A stretch of DNA of 62,706 nucleotides from Myxococcota bacterium (lineage in GTDB: Bacteria > Myxococcota_A > UBA796 > SXON01): contig JAZKFH010000024.1 in assembly GCA_040386535.1 (NCBI GenBank), positions 159,147 through 221,852 of the forward strand. The letters are read 5' to 3'. Position 1 is the stretch's first letter; every line of letters begins with the position of its first letter. A program made the translations under genes and the position numbers. The notes beneath the pieces were generated by a model. It had not been told where the DNA came from. It searched no databases and worked only from the letters and a program-made list of their open reading frames with translations. Positions 55,752-62,706 of the stretch are shown here, in pieces.

Positions 55752-57251
55752 TTGCGTCCTGTCGTCCTCGTGCTCTTCGGCGCGATCGCGTGCCACGCGA
55801 AGGAGCCCGCCGGTACGGACGGCCCGCAAGGGGACTCGGCCGAGACGGGCGCCGCGGACACCGATCCGGTAGAGACGGGCGACACAAATCTCGAGACGGG
55901 CGACACCGATCCGGTCGAGACGGGCGACACCGATCCGGTCGAGACGGGCGACACCGATCCGGTCGAGACGGGCCCCACCGCCCCCCTCGCGTCGTCCACC
56001 GCGGTCCTGCTCGGGGAGGCCGAGTCCGACGGAGCGGGCGCGAGCGTCTCGGGGGCGGGCGACCTCGACGGCGACGGCCTCGCCGATCTGGCGGTCCTCG
56101 CCGCGGGAAAGGTGGCGATCTACGTGGCCTACGGTCCGGTGGTGGGCACGTCGAACCTCGCGAACGCGCCGACGCTCCTCGACATGAGCGGCACCGACGC
56201 TGAGATCGTCACCCTCGCCGGCGGCGCCGATCTGACCGGCGACGGGCTCACGGACGTGCTCGTCGGCCGGTACGCGGACTCCTTCTACGATGAGGAGATC
56301 GGGGGCGCGTACCTGTTTCCCGGTCCGTGCGCGGGCACGCTCACGACGGCCGACGCGATCCCCCTCGTCGGCGAGACCTCGCACTTCTACGTGCAGATCG
56401 GGGACTACCCCTATTCGAACGCCGGCGCCGCGCTCGCGACGGGCGATCTCGACGGGGACGGCGCCACCGACGCCGTGGTGGGCGACACCGCCTCGGCGGG
56501 GATCTACGGCGTCCCCGGGCCGATCGCCTCGTCCGTGGCGCTCGTCGACATGCCCGCGGCCCACCGCACCGACGGAGACCTCGGCGATGCCCTCGCGGTC
56601 GCCGACGCCGACGGCGACGGCTTCGACGACGTGTTCGCGCTCGGCATCCGGTACGACGGCGCGGGCGCCGTCGTCCTGCTCCCCGGTCCGCCGACCGCCT
56701 GGAGCGACGTCACGAGCGCCGACGCGCTCGTCCTCGGCGACGCGGATCACCTGCCCTACGCGATCGCCGCCGGGGACGTCGACGGGGACGGCCTCGCCGA
56801 TCTCGTGCTCGGGTTTCCGTACGACGCCACCGGCGGAGACACGGCGGGATCCGTCCGCATCTTCACGTCCCCCGTCGCGACCGGAACGACAGCGGGCGCG
56901 GCCGACGCGACGCTGCTCGGCGCCGAGGACGACTCCGCGGGGCAGTCGGTGGCGGTGCTCGATCCGGCGGCGTCGGTCGCGACGCTCCTCGTGGGCGGGA
57001 CGAACTACTACCCGGTCTACGCGACGGCCGGAAAGACGTGGATCGCCCACGGCATCGCCGGCACCGTCGAGCTCCTGACGCTCCCGACGCTCACGGGCTC
57101 CCGCAACCAGCAGGCCGGCTACTCGGTCGCGGGGGCGGGCGACGTGGACGGGGACGGCTTCGCGGATGTGCTCGTCGGCGGCCCGGGGGACGACACGCAC
57201 GCGATCGACGCCGGCGTCGCCTGGCTCCTGTCGGGGGCGAGCCTGCCATGA
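55752..57251 (+). CDS. FG-GAP/integrin-alpha repeat lipoprotein
   Basis: GGAGG-N5-TTG start, FGAIAC lipobox, ETGDTDPV repeats, multiple GDxDGDGxxD motifs. Confidence 0.88.
   Translation: MRPVVLVLFGAIACHAKEPAGTDGPQGDSAETGAADTDPVETGDTNLETGDTDPVETGDTDPVETGDTDPVETGPTAPLASSTAVLLGEAESDGAGASVSGAGDLDGDGLADLAVLAAGKVAIYVAYGPVVGTSNLANAPTLLDMSGTDAEIVTLAGGADLTGDGLTDVLVGRYADSFYDEEIGGAYLFPGPCAGTLTTADAIPLVGETSHFYVQIGDYPYSNAGAALATGDLDGDGATDAVVGDTASAGIYGVPGPIASSVALVDMPAAHRTDGDLGDALAVADADGDGFDDVFALGIRYDGAGAVVLLPGPPTAWSDVTSADALVLGDADHLPYAIAAGDVDGDGLADLVLGFPYDATGGDTAGSVRIFTSPVATGTTAGAADATLLGAEDDSAGQSVAVLDPAASVATLLVGGTNYYPVYATAGKTWIAHGIAGTVELLTLPTLTGSRNQQAGYSVAGAGDVDGDGFADVLVGGPGDDTHAIDAGVAWLLSGASLP
55858..55973 (+). 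repeat. Coding 24-bp tandem repeats (DTDPVETG)n
   Basis: GACACCGATCCGGT(C/A)GAGACGGGC repeated four times plus one shorter variant. Confidence 0.9.
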
Positions 57252-58696
57252 TCCTGCTCCTCGCCTGCGTGACGACCGACGACGCCTCGAAGGTCCCGCT
57301 GGACCCCGATCCGCCGGATACCGCCGCGGACACCGCCGACACGGACGAAACCGACGACACGACGGACACGGCCCGCGACTCGGCGACGGACACGGACACG
57401 ACGAGCGACACCGACACCGGCACCGTGCCGGCCGAACGCCGCGACCTCGACATGGACGACGCCGAGCCGCGCATCCTCGGTGACGCGAATCTCCAGCAGG
57501 CGGGGACGAGCATCAGCGTCGGCGATGCCGACGGCGACGGCGAGACCGACATCCTGCTCTCCGGCCAGTACGGCGTGCAGGCCTGGATCTTCCCGGCGAA
57601 CCTCGCCGGCGTCCACGAGGTGGGCGAAGCGGCGATCTCGTTCTCGGGGGGCGACGAGTACGCCTGCAACTACCCGGCCTGCGTCACGTCGTTCGTGGGA
57701 GACGTCGACGGCGACGGTCACGACGACGTGCTGATCGGCCGCCCGGACGAGGGCAACGGCGAGGCGGACCTGCTCCTCGGGCCGTTCTCCGGCGACCGTG
57801 ACGTCGCGACCGCGGACTCCGTGTTCACCACGCTCGTCGACTACTCGTACGCCGGGACGACCATCGGAGCGGGCGATTTCGACGCGGACGGCCTCTCCGA
57901 TCTGCTGATCGGCGCCCCGAGCGACATCACCGGACGCGCCTACGTGGTCTACGGGCCGGCGGTGGGCCGTGACCTGTCCGAGGCGGACGCCGTGCTCCGC
58001 GGCGTCACGACGGACGGCGATGCCGGCACCCTCGTGCAGAACGCCGGGGATCTCGACGGCGATGGCATCGATGACATCCTCGTCGGCACCAACTACCAGG
58101 CGTCCACGCTGTTCGTCGTGCACGGCCCGGCCCGCGGCGCCATCGACCTGTGGGACGCCGATCGCATGCTCACCCTCCCCGCGCTCGACGCCGCCACCGT
58201 GTCCGATCTGGACGGGGACGGCGCGCGCGAGATCGTGCTCGGCTCCGGTCGCGACGAGGACGACCCCAACGGCTCGGGGCCCGGTCGGATCTGGGTCCTT
58301 CCGGGCGAGGGGGCGGGCACGGCCGATGAGGACGACGCAGTCGCGGTGCTCGAAGGCGAGACGCGGTATCACCGGGCCGGCCGCTCGCTGGGCTCGGCCG
58401 GCGACGCCGACGGGGACGGTCGCGAGGATCTGCTCGTGGGCGCCAGCAGCGGCCGGGGGAGTGGGGCGGCCGTCGCGTACCTCGTGCTCGGGCCGGTGAG
58501 CGGAGCGATGTCGCTGGCGGACGCGCGGGTGCGGATGGTCAGCTCCGCCGAGGCGGACGCGCCGATGGAGCTCGCGCCGGCCGGGGACATCGACGGCGAC
58601 GGTGTCGACGACTTCCTCATCGCGACGCCCTACCAGACGGTCAGCGCGCGGTTCGAAGGGGCGGTGTGGCCGATCGTCGGGAGCGCGTGGCGGTGA
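57248..58696 (+). CDS. FG-GAP/integrin-alpha repeat lipoprotein
   Basis: ATGA overlap, MILLLAC, D/T tether, seven DxDGDG-type repeats. Confidence 0.88.
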   Translation: MILLLACVTTDDASKVPLDPDPPDTAADTADTDETDDTTDTARDSATDTDTTSDTDTGTVPAERRDLDMDDAEPRILGDANLQQAGTSISVGDADGDGETDILLSGQYGVQAWIFPANLAGVHEVGEAAISFSGGDEYACNYPACVTSFVGDVDGDGHDDVLIGRPDEGNGEADLLLGPFSGDRDVATADSVFTTLVDYSYAGTTIGAGDFDADGLSDLLIGAPSDITGRAYVVYGPAVGRDLSEADAVLRGVTTDGDAGTLVQNAGDLDGDGIDDILVGTNYQASTLFVVHGPARGAIDLWDADRMLTLPALDAATVSDLDGDGAREIVLGSGRDEDDPNGSGPGRIWVLPGEGAGTADEDDAVAVLEGETRYHRAGRSLGSAGDADGDGREDLLVGASSGRGSGAAVAYLVLGPVSGAMSLADARVRMVSSAEADAPMELAPAGDIDGDGVDDFLIATPYQTVSARFEGAVWPIVGSAWR

Positions 58697-58720
58697 TGTC
58701 CGGACTGTCCCGTCCACAAT

Positions 58721-58897
58721 CCCTCCGGGCCATGAGCGGGACCAAGCCGCGGCACAGGCTCCGGCTCCGCGGGGATGCCCTCGACGAGACAGCGCCGAGG
58801 GAAGATCAGAGCACTCCTCCCCTCCGGGCCATGAGCGGGACCAAGCTCTGGCATCAGGCGTCGGGTTCGGGACGGATGCCCTCGACGAGACTGCGCC
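58721..58897. repeat. Two imperfect ~77-bp direct repeats (period ~100 bp)
   Basis: CCCTCCGGGCCATGAGCGGGACCAAGC at 58721 and 58820; GGATGCCCTCGACGAGAC at 58773 and 58874. Confidence 0.88.
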
Positions 58898-59004
58898 GGG
58901 GATCGGGGCAGCCCGCCTGCGGCCCGGGTCCCCCGGTGGGGCCCCCTTTGGGGGGGACCGGGGGGGGCCCCGGGCCGCGGTTCTGGCGGGCTGCCCCGAT
59001 CCCC
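58898..59004. terminator. ~107-nt GC-rich hairpin between convergent genes (bidirectional terminator or REP/MITE-like)
   Basis: Perfect 20-bp outer stem 58898-58917/58985-59004 plus nested 10-, 8- and 5-bp stems around a TTT loop; no U-tract. Confidence 0.6.
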
Positions 59005-59012
59005 CCGAAGCC

Positions 59013-59777
59013 TCAGACGAGGGCAATCACCGCCGAAACCGGCGCATGATCCGAGAGCGAAGCGTCCCGCTCGATGAAGGACTCCACCACCCGCACGTTC
59101 GGCGTCGCGAACAAATAGTCGAGCCGCCACCCCACATCGTTCGCCCGCGCCTGCCCACGGCTCGACCACCACGAGTAGGCCACCGTGTCGGGATTCGCGA
59201 CGCGAAACACGTCCTGCCAGCCCGTGGCGAAGAGCCGCGTCATCCACGCGCGCTCCTCGGGGAGGAACCCCGAGTTCTTCTCGTTCTGCTTGGCGTTCTT
59301 GATGTCCATCGCCGTGTGCGCGATGTTGATGTCGCCGCACACCAGCGTCGGCCGCCCGCTCGCCAAGCGCGCCGCCAGCCAGGGCCACATGTGCTCCAGG
59401 TACTCGTACTTCCACGCCTGGCGGTCGGGCCCCGAGGAGCCCGAGGGCAGGTAGACGCTGTACACGTCGAGCCCCGCGAGGTGCGCGCCGGCCACGCGGC
59501 CCTCCTGGTCGCCGCGCTCGTGCCCGCTCCCCACGGAAAACGTGGCGGGGTGCGCATCCCGGACCCACACGGCCGTGCCCGAGTAGCCCTTCTTCTGCGC
59601 GGGGTGCCACGCGCAGGTCCAGCCCGGCGGGGCCCAGAGCGCGGGCTCGAGGCAGGCCTGGTCGGCGCGGATCTCCTGGAGGCAGAGCACGTCGGGGGCC
59701 GCGCGGGCGAGCCAGTCGCGGAAACCCCGGCGATCGGCCGAGCGCAGGCCGTTCGCGTTGAGGGTGGTGATCTTCAT
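59013..59777 (-). CDS. xth: Exodeoxyribonuclease III / AP endonuclease (second paralog)
   Basis: NANGLRS, LQEIR, KKGYSG, EGR, GDINIAH, SGFLPEER, YSWWS.R, GWRLDY, SDHAPV. Confidence 0.95.
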   Translation of the reverse strand: MKITTLNANGLRSADRRGFRDWLARAAPDVLCLQEIRADQACLEPALWAPPGWTCAWHPAQKKGYSGTAVWVRDAHPATFSVGSGHERGDQEGRVAGAHLAGLDVYSVYLPSGSSGPDRQAWKYEYLEHMWPWLAARLASGRPTLVCGDINIAHTAMDIKNAKQNEKNSGFLPEERAWMTRLFATGWQDVFRVANPDTVAYSWWSSRGQARANDVGWRLDYLFATPNVRVVESFIERDASLSDHAPVSAVIALV

Positions 59778-59830
59778 GTGTCGCCGCCTAATGCGTTGGG
59801 CGGATAGAGAGCGCCGCCACGAGGGTCCAG

Positions 59831-62581
<2,751 letters not shown>

Positions 62582-62607
62582 GCGGCTCCGGAATTCCGGT
62601 CTGGAAC

Positions 62608-62706
62608 TCCGGAGAATCAGGTAAGCAGGAAACAAGGAAAGCAGGACTGAAGAATCAGGAATTCCGATTCCCCTTCCTGCCTTCCTCTATTCCTGCCTTC
62701 CTGATT
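62608..62706. repeat. Copy of the palindromic repeat family in opposite orientation, at the window end
   Basis: 62674-62705 is the exact reverse complement of 62-93; the other arm TCAGGTAAGCAGGAAACAAGGAAAGCAGGAC starts at 62617. Confidence 0.92.

Noticed and set aside
58721..58897. Mini-CRISPR or hammerhead ribozyme
   Set aside because: Only two bipartite copies, and no CUGAnGA/GAAA core was seen on either strand.

Overview
Visibly GC-rich bacterial chromosomal segment, most likely from a Myxococcota/deltaproteobacterial lineage (inferred from the PilB, Asp/Thr-tethered lipoproteins, MopE-type Cys/Asp motif and FG-GAP proteins). About 50 genes are densely packed. Recognisable housekeeping genes are two exonuclease III paralogs, pyrF, bolA-grxD, a class A PBP, a MatB-like acyl-CoA ligase, an acyltransferase, pilB, a cyclophilin and sucA. 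Signalling genes include a KaiC-like ATPase with an atypical receiver, a GAF-PAS-PAS hybrid kinase and a cNMP/methyltransferase-like fusion. There are also two B12-radical SAM enzymes, an FHA-ABC transporter operon and many uncharacterised lipoproteins. No rRNA, tRNA, CRISPR, integrase or transposase was recognised. Most notable: (i) a purine/pyrimidine palindromic repeat family forming a tandem array at the left end, recurring at the right end and sitting in frame inside a phosphatase gene; (ii) about nine lipoproteins with ultra-short signal peptides (Cys at residue 7-10) and no charged n-region; (iii) a recurring leaderless-type TAnnnT-(5-8 nt)-start architecture; (iv) a duplicated two-gene Cys-rich lipoprotein cassette flanking an HhH lipoprotein; (v) an apparent degenerate ECF-sigma/anti-sigma fusion upstream of pilB; (vi) a lipoprotein + small secreted protein + TerB-FHA-ABC operon; (vii) a CHRD protein with Tyr-rich and Asp/Arg/Gly low-complexity blocks. 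All family calls come from motif recognition by eye; no database search was run.
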